A stretch of 44,161 bases of DNA from Limisphaerales bacterium (GTDB lineage: Bacteria > Verrucomicrobiota > Verrucomicrobiia > Limisphaerales > PALSA-1396): the NCBI GenBank assembly GCA_003140275.1, contig PLJQ01000069.1, positions 1 to 44,161 of the forward strand, given 5' to 3'. Position numbers and translations under genes: made by a program. The notes beneath the pieces were generated by a model. It made no database searches and was not told where the DNA came from. It saw nothing but the letters and a program-made list of their open reading frames with translations. This document shows, in pieces, positions 1 through 9,500 of this stretch (its first letter is position 1; every line of letters begins with the position of its first letter).

Positions 1-815
1 ACGGTGGCCGGGTCGCTGCCGGAGCTGATGGGCAGTGTCAATTGCGACGTCTTGGTATCATGGGCGCCTTGAAAAACATCCGTGCCGCCGGCGATTCCGG
101 AGTGGTCCGGATCACCCCCCACGGGTCCATTAATGAGAGTTCCGGCGGCCGTAACGTCACTTTGAAAGGTGAGGCTGGCCTCGGGATTCAGATAAATGTT
201 CTGGTTGCCGTTGACGCGGCCCGTGACGGTCATGTCCGGCCCCGGTTCAATTTCCAGGTCCACGTTGTAGAAAATGGCGAATTGAAAGGCCGGGATGCTG
301 GTCAACTGCACGCTTTGTTGAACCCCTGCCGAGACATCGAACAGGGACTGGCTTTCGCGGGCGTAGGATTTGATCTGATAGGTGTCGTTGAAACCCACGA
401 GTCCGGCATACTTGGAATTCAGCACGGTAAAGTTGGTCCGGCTGCCGGGGACCGAGCTGATGTAGGTCTGGCTGGTGTTGCCTTGCCCATCACTGAAAAC
501 ATAGGGACTCCAATAGCTGTTTTCGCTGGTCGTGGGGACCAGGCTATGGTAGCCGGAAATCCCAGCATAAACCGCGCCTCCACCATTGATGCCTTGAAAG
601 TCCCTGGCGAGGCGGGTAAGAACTTTTTCAGTCGCTGCCTCAGCCGCGGCCGTGGTCCGCCAATACTGGTTGTTGCGGCCAATCGTGCGGGCGCTGGTTG
701 TGCTCCAGGCGAGCACGCTGGCAAGCCCCAAGAACGCGGTCCCAATCAGGATCATCACCAGCATCAGGGAAGAGCCTTCGTCGGTCTTGCGGCTGCGGGT
801 CAGGGTTGGGTTCAT
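1..815 (-). CDS. PilX-N-like pilus/pseudopilus assembly protein, N-terminal 271 codons only (the ORF runs off the left edge and is absent from the supplied ORF track because no stop lies in the window)
   Basis: My own translation of the minus strand from the ATG at 813-815 gives MNPTLTRSRKTDEGSSLMLVMILIGTAFLGLASVLAWSTTSARTIGRNNQYWRTTAAAEAATEKVLTRLARDF... It stays open with no stop down to position 1. It has a short charged leader followed by one hydrophobic helix, like the 3411-4694 product. It starts 8 nt after the stop of the upstream prepilin-type gene. The listed plus-strand ORF 42-827 is its antisense shadow. Confidence 0.7.
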   Translation of the reverse strand, partial: MNPTLTRSRKTDEGSSLMLVMILIGTAFLGLASVLAWSTTSARTIGRNNQYWRTTAAAEAATEKVLTRLARDFQGINGGGAVYAGISGYHSLVPTTSENSYWSPYVFSDGQGNTSQTYISSVPGSRTNFTVLNSKYAGLVGFNDTYQIKSYARESQSLFDVSAGVQQSVQLTSIPAFQFAIFYNVDLEIEPGPDMTVTGRVNGNQNIYLNPEASLTFQSDVTAAGTLINGPVGGDPDHSGIAGGTDVFQGAHDTKTSQLTLPISSGSDPAT

Positions 816-823
816 GACGATTA

Positions 824-1453
824 TTAGAATACGCGGGGGGTTGTTTTCGTTGAAATCTGGTAGTAATCAAAGTAGGATCCACCTCCGATATTTACGGTTG
901 GATACTGAAGTTGATAAAACTGAAGCTTGAAGGCAATCACCCGGTTATTCTGGCTGTTGGTCAGGGTATTGCCAAAGGCGTCCTCGCAGGCAAAGGGGGT
1001 GCTGTTCGTGATGTAGCTGGCCACGACGGTGGGAGTCTTGGTGGCGCTGTCCGTCCGCTGCAGTTGGTTGCTGTTTGAATTCCGGTAATATAGAACGAAG
1101 GAGTTGGTATTCGTCGTGCCGTAAATTTGAACGGCGCTGCCCACCTGAAGCTGGCCGGGGGCGCATTCCGTGAAATCGGACAACCCCAGATTGCTGTTGC
1201 CAATCTTGATGGTTTTGGCGGCCCGAATTTCCGTGGACAAAAGGTTGATCGCCTTGCGCGCGTCGTCGCTCGCGCCCAGTTTGGCCTTGGATAATTGGAA
1301 GAGCCGCATTCCGAACGCCTGGCAAGCGAGCACGCCGGCCAGAACCATGATCATGATGGTGCTGGCGATGAGCACTTCCGGCAGCGTGAAGGCGGGTTGC
1401 CGAAACCTCAGGCGCGCGTGGAAACTCGAGGATTTGAAAGGTGTCGTTTTCAT
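824..1453 (-). CDS. Prepilin-type N-terminal cleavage/methylation domain protein (PulJ/PilW-like minor pseudopilin)
   Basis: The motif RQPA|FTLPEVLIASTIMIMVLAGV is a class III signal peptide with an E at +5 and a hydrophobic helix. I chose the start at MKTTPFKSS (ATG 1451-1453), which overlaps the upstream stop as ATGA. The listed ORF start at 1519 is probably an extension. Confidence 0.8.
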   Translation of the reverse strand: MKTTPFKSSSFHARLRFRQPAFTLPEVLIASTIMIMVLAGVLACQAFGMRLFQLSKAKLGASDDARKAINLLSTEIRAAKTIKIGNSNLGLSDFTECAPGQLQVGSAVQIYGTTNTNSFVLYYRNSNSNQLQRTDSATKTPTVVASYITNSTPFACEDAFGNTLTNSQNNRVIAFKLQFYQLQYPTVNIGGGSYFDYYQISTKTTPRVF

Positions 1454-1932
1454 TGGTCGGGAGCGCGATAAGTGGCCACGGTGTTGGTGTACACCCGTTG
1501 GCCGGACGACCAGACGCAATCGACCCGGATCAGTTTCAGGGGATACCCGCCACTGGAAACATCGCTGATCGTGGTAATACTCGTGGCATAGGCAATATTG
1601 GTGCCTGAGACCGGGATATCCAGGATGTTGGTGGCAACCGTCGGAAAATTGCCGGCGGTCACCTCATCGACGATGGGCGAGCGCCGCAAGTCCCATTGTG
1701 CCGCCCGTGTTTGTTCAAGCCGTTGAGTGGCCAAAGACTGGGCGGCCAGCGAGTAGGCTGACCACTCCGCCTGACGAGTGGCAAAGATGTAACCTGAAAC
1801 CACCCCGCCCAGCGACATGACCGTGACTGCCATGGAGATGAGAGTCTCGGCCAGGGTGTACGCCCGCTGCGATCGGGCGCAGCCTCGGCCTGGCGCGTTC
1901 GCGATTGTTTGGCTTGAGGTTCTTAGTTTCAT
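1450..1932 (-). CDS. Prepilin-type N-terminal cleavage/methylation domain protein (small GspH/I-like pseudopilin)
   Basis: The motif SQRA|YTLAETLISMAVTVMSLGG is present. The start is taken at MKLRTSS (1932). This is the first gene of the minus-strand triad. Confidence 0.8.
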   Translation of the reverse strand: MKLRTSSQTIANAPGRGCARSQRAYTLAETLISMAVTVMSLGGVVSGYIFATRQAEWSAYSLAAQSLATQRLEQTRAAQWDLRRSPIVDEVTAGNFPTVATNILDIPVSGTNIAYATSITTISDVSSGGYPLKLIRVDCVWSSGQRVYTNTVATYRAPDQ

Positions 1933-2426
1933 TTGAGCGTGTTTAGTTCGGCACATTTATGTCTCATATTTCATCCTAGGAATTCATGACATAGCCACGC
2001 GAGAGACCGACGTTACGCAAGTTTCCCACCAAAGTTTCAGACAGTGAGAATGCTCTTTTGGAAGCGCATGAGTTTAGCCAAATTGTTCCGTTTATCTTCA
2101 TTTTTCTCCAGCCACTACCTGTTGAATCAGCTCAAAATTGTTTTGACCGCTTTTAAGTCAGCAATTGCTTTGCCACATCATAAATGAGAGTCGGACAGTC
2201 GAACAGATGGCCAAACTTCTTATCCAACATTCACCAATCAAGGTTGTTCGGCAAACTTGTCAACCTGTTGATTCAAAGAGAACTCTGAACGAAAGTCGGT
2301 AACAATCGCGCCTTGCTTACTTCGGGATGGTCCTCCCATAGGACATAAATTGTCTCGACTTTGGACGGTGGCTCTGGAATGATTTGATTGTTCCGGGATA
2401 AACTCGAACATAGGGTCTGGATGATA
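1933..2426. promoter_or_regulatory. AT-rich divergent intergenic region between the two pseudopilin triads (presumed bidirectional promoter region)
   Basis: There is about 0.5 kb without a convincing ORF, and it is visibly more AT-rich than its flanks. Genes diverge from it on both strands. Confidence 0.4.
2112..2245 (+). repeat. Noncoding repeat, copy A (partner at 4721-4860)
   Basis: By-eye alignment of the core tcaaaattgttttgaccgcttttaagtcagcaattgctttgccacatcataaatgagagtcggacag against ttcaaattgtttttgtccaacgttgagtcggcaaatgctttgtcacttcatcattaactcccgacaaag. Both copies are in the same orientation and continue into atggcCAaacttcttatcc / atggcGActttatcc. Confidence 0.5.
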
Positions 2427-2894
2427 ATGGAACTGAAAAATAAGCGAGCGGGACGCCGCGGGGTCAGCGCCTTCACACTGACTGAAGTGCTGGTGGGGGT
2501 GGCTGTTTCAGGGATTATGTTTAGCTCGATTCTAGTCTGCATCACCAACGGATTTGCGTCCGTTCAAGTGAACCGCGAAGACTCGCGGGCAACCCAGATA
2601 TTGGTCGAGAAAATGGAGATGATCCGACTCTATAACTGGAACCAAACCACCGGCAACGATCCCAACACCTGCGTGCCCGCAAGCTTCACGGCCCCATTTT
2701 ACCCGGATTCGGCGAACGGCGGACTGCTCTACTCAGGAACGGTGAGTATCACCAATGCGCCCATCACGGAAACGTATGCCAGCGACTTGAGGTTGGTCAC
2801 AATTGGTGTGGCCTGGACTTCCCGCAATGTGGCGCACACCCGGTCAATGATGACCTACGTGTCAAAATATGGTCTCCAAAACCACATTTACTAA
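2427..2894 (+). CDS. Prepilin-type N-terminal cleavage/methylation domain protein (small pseudopilin, paralog of 1450-1932)
   Basis: The motif GVSA|FTLTEVLVGVAVSGIMF is present. The start is taken at MELKNKRAGRRG (2427). The C-terminal beta-strand pattern resembles that of 1450-1932. Confidence 0.8.
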   Translation: MELKNKRAGRRGVSAFTLTEVLVGVAVSGIMFSSILVCITNGFASVQVNREDSRATQILVEKMEMIRLYNWNQTTGNDPNTCVPASFTAPFYPDSANGGLLYSGTVSITNAPITETYASDLRLVTIGVAWTSRNVAHTRSMMTYVSKYGLQNHIY

Positions 2895-3414
2895 GGAGCA
2901 GGAGGCTGCGTTCACCCTGGTTGAGGTCATGGTGGGCTGTGGGCTGGGTTTGCTGGTGTTGGCGGTTGTCCTTTCGTTTGTCTTCTACAGTGGCCGCAGT
3001 TTCGCGGCCCTGACAAATTATATGGACCTGGATCAGCGCACCCAAATGGCCTTGGACAAGATGTCGCGAGAAATTCGACAGGTGAACATGTTGACCGCCT
3101 ATTCCTCGACCAATCTGACTTTTCAGGACTACGATGGCGCGACTCTGCAATATGTGTATGACGCGAATACGCAAACCTTGACGCGAATCAAAACCGGCGA
3201 GGCCACCACCACGAATTTGATCGGGTGCGATTCACTCTCCTTCTCTATTTTTCAGCGAACACCGAGCAACAACACGTTCCAGCCGTATCCAACCACGACG
3301 GTGACCGAAACCAAGCTGGTCGAACTTACCTGGAATTGTTCCCGGAAAGTTCTCGGGACGACCGCCAACACCGAGGTCATGCAGTCCGCCAAAGTCGTGA
3401 TCCGCAAGAAATGA
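2869..3414 (+). CDS. Prepilin-type N-terminal cleavage/methylation domain protein (PulJ/PilW-like, paralog of 824-1453)
   Basis: The motif EQEAA|FTLVEVMVGCGLGLLVLAVV is followed by ...ALDKMSREIRQ, typical of J-type pseudopilins. It overlaps the upstream gene by 26 nt. Confidence 0.8.
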   Translation: MVSKTTFTKEQEAAFTLVEVMVGCGLGLLVLAVVLSFVFYSGRSFAALTNYMDLDQRTQMALDKMSREIRQVNMLTAYSSTNLTFQDYDGATLQYVYDANTQTLTRIKTGEATTTNLIGCDSLSFSIFQRTPSNNTFQPYPTTTVTETKLVELTWNCSRKVLGTTANTEVMQSAKVVIRKK

Positions 3415-4694
3415 AAGCGCTCCACCTTGCCTCTGCTCAGTCGCGGCGCGGCAGCGTGCTGGTCACGGCGCTGGTTTTCGGCGCCGTTGCAGGCATCATG
3501 CTGGCAGCTTGCCTCCAGTTGATCGAGTCACGGCGCGTTTCCGTGATGCGTTCCCATGCCTGGAACAGTGCGATCCCCGTGCTGGAAGCCGGCATCGAGG
3601 AAGCCTTCACGCATCTGAAAATTGACAATTTTGACCTGACCGCCAACGGTTGGGAGAACATCTCAGCAGGTGTTTATCAGAAGTCCCGGACTAATTCCGA
3701 CAGTAGTTACTTTATCACTACTATTTCCAACACCACTGGAGCACCGGTCATTTTCTCGCAAGGCTTTGTGCCGTTGCCGCTCGTGGGGGGATACGTTTCG
3801 CGTCAGGTTCAGGTGAGTACGATAAATCGAGTGACCTTTAACAATGCCATGGCCGCCGTGAACCAAATTATCCTGAACGACGACGCGGTTGTTGACAGTT
3901 TCGATTCCACCGATCCCAGCTACTCCACCAACGGATTCTACGACCCAACCAAGCGTAAATCGGGTGGCGGCATGGTTACCAATTCCAAGGTGACGGACGC
4001 GATCCATGTGGACGCGGGCCACATCTACGGCAAAGTCAACACGGGTCCCGGAGGCACGGTCACGGTTGACTCCAACGGCGGGGTGGGCGACTACACATGG
4101 AGCAGCACCCATCCCGGCGAAATTCAGTCAGGGATGATTAGTGACGACATGAATGTCGCCTATGCGGACCAAGCCTTGCCTTCATCCTGGTCGCCCGTTC
4201 CACCGTCGAGCGGATCGTACAGCGGCACGAATTACACTTATGTTTTGAACGATGGTCAATACACCTTGGGTTCGATCTCTATAGGCGAAGACATGTCCAT
4301 TCTGGCCAAAGGAGATTGTATTCTGTATGTCAACGGCAACTTCACGGTTAGCGGCGACGGTTTTGTTTATATTGCGCCCGGCAGCAGCCTGAAACTTTAC
4401 GTGAGCGGCAGCGGAACCATATCCGGAGGCGGCATCGTCAACCGCACCCAGCTCGCCGCGAATATGTCTTATATCGGTTTGCCGAGCAGCACCACCTTGA
4501 CTATCAGCGGGCGTGCCGCGTTTATCGGCACGATCAACGCTCCCCAAGCTGACTTTACCGACAGCGGCTCCGGTGCCCTGTATGGCGCGGCAATTGTGAA
4601 ATCCTTCAACAACCGCGGCGGCGGCGCCGTCCATTACGATGAGGGCCTGGAAGGCGGCGGAAATCTGACCATCACGTCCTATCGGGAACTGTGA
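3411..4694 (+). CDS. PilX-N-like pilus/pseudopilus assembly protein with a beta-helix-like C-terminal region
   Basis: The start is taken at MKALHLASAQSRRGSVLVTALVFGAVAGIMLAACL (ATG 3411, ATGA overlap with the upstream stop). The C-terminus has G/S/T-rich repeats, ...YVNGNFTVSGDGFVYIAPGSSLKLYVSGSGTISGGG...INAPQADFTDSGSGALYGAAIV...VHYDEGL. The listed ORF start at 3225 is an upstream extension. Confidence 0.75.
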   Translation: MKALHLASAQSRRGSVLVTALVFGAVAGIMLAACLQLIESRRVSVMRSHAWNSAIPVLEAGIEEAFTHLKIDNFDLTANGWENISAGVYQKSRTNSDSSYFITTISNTTGAPVIFSQGFVPLPLVGGYVSRQVQVSTINRVTFNNAMAAVNQIILNDDAVVDSFDSTDPSYSTNGFYDPTKRKSGGGMVTNSKVTDAIHVDAGHIYGKVNTGPGGTVTVDSNGGVGDYTWSSTHPGEIQSGMISDDMNVAYADQALPSSWSPVPPSSGSYSGTNYTYVLNDGQYTLGSISIGEDMSILAKGDCILYVNGNFTVSGDGFVYIAPGSSLKLYVSGSGTISGGGIVNRTQLAANMSYIGLPSSTTLTISGRAAFIGTINAPQADFTDSGSGALYGAAIVKSFNNRGGGAVHYDEGLEGGGNLTITSYREL

Positions 4695-4720
4695 GGCAGG
4701 TTCGGACGGAAAGGTTTCCG

Positions 4721-4860
4721 CCAACCACAATCAGTCCGAATTAATTTCAAATTGTTTTTGTCCAACGTTGAGTCGGCAAATGCTTTGTCACTTCATCATT
4801 AACTCCCGACAAAGAGTAAGGAAAATGGCGACTTTATCCGACCGACCAACGCGAAGTCAT
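4721..4860 (+). repeat. Noncoding repeat, copy B (partner at 2112-2245)
   Basis: See copy A. Copy B lies in the convergent gap between the end of the plus-strand pseudopilin operon and the end of the DUF1501 gene, so it has no downstream protein gene. Confidence 0.5.
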
Positions 4861-4992
4861 GCCGAGTGGTTTTTCACAATGTAACATTGAATGATGCGAA
4901 CCGTCTGTAACTGCCGCCTATTGAACCGAAGGTGAGCCGTATCGGGCCGGGCCGGTGGCCTTGGTGTCCAATTTCTTTTTCATAGCTCCGGC

Positions 4993-6537
4993 TCAGGTCG
5001 TGATGATTTCTTCTATAATGTGGCCATGAACATCTGTCAACCGGCGGTCGATGCCGTTGTGGCGGAAGGTCAGTTTGCTGTGGTCGATGCCGAGCAGGCG
5101 CAACACCGTCGCGTGAACGTCGTAGCAATAGGTCGGGTTCACTGCCGCTTTGTAAGACCACTCGTCACTTTCGCCGTAGCTCACGCCGCCTTTGACGCCG
5201 CCGCCGGCGAGCCACGTCGTGAACGTGAACGGATTGTGATCGCGTCCTTTCGCGCCTTGACTGCACGGCATACGACCAAATTCCGTCGTCCACAGCACGA
5301 CGGTGTCGTCGAGCAGGCCGCGAACTTTGAGGTCTTTGATGAGCGCCGCTGCCGGTTTGTCCATGCTGGTTGCCATGTCGAGATGGTCCCGGGCCAAATC
5401 TTCGTGGCTGTCCCAGTTGCGGCGGGGAAAACCGTTGTCCGCGCCGCTCCAAAGTTGGACAAAGCGGACGCCGCGTTCGAGCAGCCGGCGGGCGATCAAA
5501 CAGCTCCGCCCAAAATCCCCGGTGATTTTTTCATCGAGACCATAAAGTGATTTCGTGGCGTCGGACTCGCCGGACAGGTCCATCACCTCCGGCGCGCTGA
5601 GTTGCAGCTTGGCGGCGAGTTCGAAGGAGGCAATGCGGGCGTCGAGCCGCGAATCACCGTCCCGGGTGGCGAGATGCTGCTGGTTCAATTTTTGCAGCAA
5701 CGCCAGTCCGTCCTTCTCGCTCTGTGGAGTGATGAACTTGGCCGAGTCCGGCGGGAACAGGTCGAAAATTGGATTGGGTTTTCCGACGCGAATCATCGTG
5801 CCTTGATGCGCGGCGGGCAGAAAACCGGAACTCCAATTGGCCGGGCCGTTCGGCGCGAAGCCGCGCGGGTCGGGCAGCACAACGAACGTTGGCAGGTTGT
5901 TATTCAGGCTGCCGAGGCCGTAGGAAATCCAGGCCCCCATGTGCGGAAAGCCGGGCAGCACAAACCCGGTATTCTGCATGTAAGTTGCCGGGCCGTGGAC
6001 GTTCGATTTGCTGATCATGGAATGAATGAAGGCGATGTCGTCGGCGCACGAGCCAATGTGCGGAACGAGGTTGTTGATCCATTTGCCGCATTGGCCATAC
6101 TGTTTCCAGTTCCACGGACTTTTCATGCAATTGCCCGGATTGCTTTGAAACAGTTCCACCTTTTCGCCGGGATCAAATTTTTCACCGTGACGTTTGATCA
6201 GCGCAGGTTTGTAATCAAACGTGTCGCACTGGCTGGCGGCGCCAGACATGAAAAGTTGCACGACCCGCTTCGCCTTGGCGGGATGATGCAGTCCTTTCAA
6301 GACGCCTGCCGTGGTCGCGCTCGGAGGAGCGCGGGAGGAATCTATTTCCGCGGCGAGCAAACCTTCCGTTGCCAGCAGATGCGTGAGCGCAATGCCGCCC
6401 AGCCCGCCGCCGAAACGCCAGAGAAACTCACGGCGGTCGATGAGGCTCGTATCTTCCGCACCAAGCGACATGGGGCTTTCTTGCGAGGAGCAAACGTGAC
6501 AGTTATTTGGGTTCATGGCTGCGGTTTCCTCAATCAA
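4993..6537 (-). CDS. DUF1501 domain-containing protein (sulfatase-fold, Tat-signal)
   Basis: It has a twin-arginine-like leader, DRREFLWRFGGGLGGIALTHLLA. The body is typical of PVC DUF1501 proteins (...WDSHEDL...TTEFGRMP...GRDHNP...). It lies directly downstream of a DUF1553 gene, which is the canonical pairing. The start is uncertain (6537 or the internal Met at 6516). Confidence 0.85.
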   Translation of the reverse strand: MIEETAAMNPNNCHVCSSQESPMSLGAEDTSLIDRREFLWRFGGGLGGIALTHLLATEGLLAAEIDSSRAPPSATTAGVLKGLHHPAKAKRVVQLFMSGAASQCDTFDYKPALIKRHGEKFDPGEKVELFQSNPGNCMKSPWNWKQYGQCGKWINNLVPHIGSCADDIAFIHSMISKSNVHGPATYMQNTGFVLPGFPHMGAWISYGLGSLNNNLPTFVVLPDPRGFAPNGPANWSSGFLPAAHQGTMIRVGKPNPIFDLFPPDSAKFITPQSEKDGLALLQKLNQQHLATRDGDSRLDARIASFELAAKLQLSAPEVMDLSGESDATKSLYGLDEKITGDFGRSCLIARRLLERGVRFVQLWSGADNGFPRRNWDSHEDLARDHLDMATSMDKPAAALIKDLKVRGLLDDTVVLWTTEFGRMPCSQGAKGRDHNPFTFTTWLAGGGVKGGVSYGESDEWSYKAAVNPTYCYDVHATVLRLLGIDHSKLTFRHNGIDRRLTDVHGHIIEEIITT

Positions 6538-9500
6538 TAAACAAAAACTCGTTACTGTTGAAGATCAGGCGGCAAAGATTCGGCAGCCCATATTTTTGCG
6601 CGTAAGCGACAAGGAGTTTCGATTCGTCACCACGCGGCTGGCGGTTTAACGCCAGTTGATAAGCCGCCCCGATCTGCTTCGATGGATTGTTGCTCATGCT
6701 GCTGATGCGCTCGGCGAAGTGTTCCGTTTGTTTGAGGACGAATGGGTCGTTCAGCAACGCCAGCGCCTGGAGTGCGGTGATGGTGGTGTTGCGTCGTGGC
6801 GTGAGCAACGACGGATCGGCGCTGTCGAGGCAATCCATGAACGGATCGGGCACGCTGCGCACAATGAACCGGTAAATGCTGCGACGATAACTTCCCGCGC
6901 TGTCCACATCAAAGCGCGTGTAATCGTACACTGGCGAATGATCGTCCTTGAAATAAAACTGCTGAACGGACGGGCCGCCCATCATCGGGTCGAGCTTGCC
7001 GTTGACAAACAAAATGGCGTCGCGCACGGACTCGGCGTCGAGGCGTTGCCGGTTCATACGCCAGAGGAAACGGTTGTCGCCATCGGTGTGCGCGTATTGA
7101 GGATTGTTGGCGGAGGATTGACGGTAAGTCGAGCTGGTGACGATGAGCTTGTGCAGTTGTTTCAGTGATTCGCCGTTGTCAAGAAACCAGTAAGCGAGCC
7201 AATCCAGCAGTTCGGGATGAGTCGGCAACGAGCCCATGTGGCCAAAGTCGTTGGGAGTATCAACGATGCCGCGACCGAAATGATACTGCCAGACGCGGTT
7301 GACGATGGAGCGGCGCGTCAAAAGATTTTTCGGATCAGTGATCCAATGGGCGAGCGCGGCACGCCGGCTGCCCTCGTTGTTTGAATCAACGCCCTCCAAA
7401 CGGTTGGCCAGACCGGCGAGGCATGAGAGCGCCGCCGGGGCCATGAGTTTGCCAGGTCGCTTCACATCGCCGCGGGAGAGCAGATGAACCGGTCGCGACT
7501 TTTCGACGGGATGAAAACTGCCTTCAGCGGCAAAATCATTCGCAGCGGCATAAACGATTTTCGGCGGCGGCAGTGTGGCGAACTGACTTTTCACTTCCGC
7601 CAAACGGTCAGTTGCTTCGCGAAGTTGGTTCTTCGCCGGCTCGTCCAGCAGCGCTCCCACCAGCGCTTTGCGTTCCCCTTCCAGTTGCGTCACGGTATCC
7701 TCGATTTCCTTCCGCTTCGCCTGGTGAGCATCGGATTCCTTCACGTCACCCAGGCGGTTGCGGCTGCTGAAATCGTCCACGAGAAATGCCTTGGCCCAGC
7801 GTCCACTTTCAATGGAATCGAGCGATGTGACCGTGGCGCCAAGGGCAACGTTTTTGTTTTTGGAAATGGCCTGTAGTTCGCTGAGCGCAAAAATATAATC
7901 CTTTGTGCGTTCCCAAAGTTTGGTGGCGGTCACCCGAATGAAACGCGCGCTGTGGTTGGTGGCGGAAATGACAACCGGTTTGTCCGACGGATTCGTAAAG
8001 TCCGCGGCGGTGTGATCGGCAAGCGCAGTCGGGTTCGCGAAGGTTGCGTCATCCGCCACGTCCAATCGGAAGCGCACCGGAAACCCAAATCCGGGCGTGT
8101 CGGCGAAGTCAGTGGGCCGGGCTGGAAACAGACGGATTTCATCGAGCGGCACACTTTTTCCAAGATCAACCTGCACCCATTTTAGAACGTCGGGGGAGGA
8201 TTCAATGCCGCTGTGGTACCCGTTGCCAGGGCTGGTTTTTGTTCGCTTGGGCAGCGACGCCAGCTTGACGTCTTGTTCCTTCAGTTTCACGTCCAGCTTT
8301 TCGATGTCAGGGCTGGTGACTTTGGCGACGATCTCGTTCAACGATTTTAGTTTGGCTTCGAGCGATTTCTTTTCAGTGTTCAATGTTTTGCGTTGCGCAA
8401 AAATCTTTTTGTCCGTGTCAAACTGCCGATTCGCGCGATCGACTCCGGCGAAGACTGCTTGCAGGCTGTAGTAATCCGCCTGCGTGATGGGGTCGAACTT
8501 GTGGTCGTGACAGCGCGCGCAATGTACTGTGAGACTCTGAAAGGTGGACATGGCCGTCATCACCATGTCATCGCGGTCATTGTAACGGGCGATCAAACCG
8601 TCGGTCTTGCTCTCGGGCAGTTCGACGTGACCGACAAAATCCCACGGGCCGGCAGCGATGAAACCCACGGCGGGAATTTTATCCGGTTCGTCAAGGAACA
8701 ACACGTCACCCGCCAATTGCTCCTGGACGAATCGCGAATAAGGCGTGTCATCGTTGAAAGATTTGATGACGTAATCGCGATACGGCCAGGCATTGAGACG
8801 CGGCTTGTCCTTGTCGTAGCCGTGGGATTCACCGTAATGAACGACATCGAGCCAGTGTCTTCCCCACCGCTCTCCGTAACGGGGTGAATCCAGAAGGCGA
8901 TCCACCAACAATTCGTAGCTGTCCGTCCGTCGGTCGGCGATGAAAGCGGCGACTTCCTCCGGTGTGGGTGGCAATCCGATCAGATCAAAGCTGAGGCGGC
9001 GAATCAGAGTCCGTCGGTCGGCTTCGGGCGACGGTTTCAACTTTTCCTTTTCCAATCGCGCCAGCACGAAATTGTCGATCGAATTGCGCACCCATTTTTT
9101 GTTTTGGACTTTTGGAATCGCCGGGCGACTGGCGGGTTGAAAGACCCAGTAATCGCTTTTCGCTTTGACCTTCGCCGCGTCGATGCCATCCGGCCATTGG
9201 GCGCCCTGGTCGATCCACGCGCGTAACAGTCCGATTTGCGCGGCAGTCAGGCGGTCGCCTTTGGGGGGCATCTGCAAGTCTTCCACGAGGCCGGCAACAA
9301 AATGAATCAACGAACTTTCGGCGCTCTTGCCGGGTAGAATGTCGCGACCGCGCTCGCCGCCTTTCAACGCGCCGGTTTTGACATCGAGTCGAAACTCGGA
9401 TTTCTGTTTTTCCGGGCCGTGACACTTGTAACAGTTGGCTTCGAAGATGGGTCGGATGTCTTTGACAAACTCGACAGGCCTGGCGAACGGAGGCGGCAGT

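Noticed and set aside
42-827. Listed 261-aa plus-strand ORF at the left edge
   Set aside because: Its translation is G/A/R/V-rich with no recognisable motif. The opposite strand carries an uninterrupted 271-codon frame from ATG 815 to the window edge, with a PilX-N-like leader, sitting in operon register behind two prepilin-type genes. The plus ORF is therefore its antisense shadow.
2273-2548. 91-aa minus-strand ORF in the divergent pseudopilin control region
   Set aside because: It overlaps the 5' end of the plus-strand prepilin-type gene in antisense and extends into AT-rich spacer. It has no motif and an odd composition.
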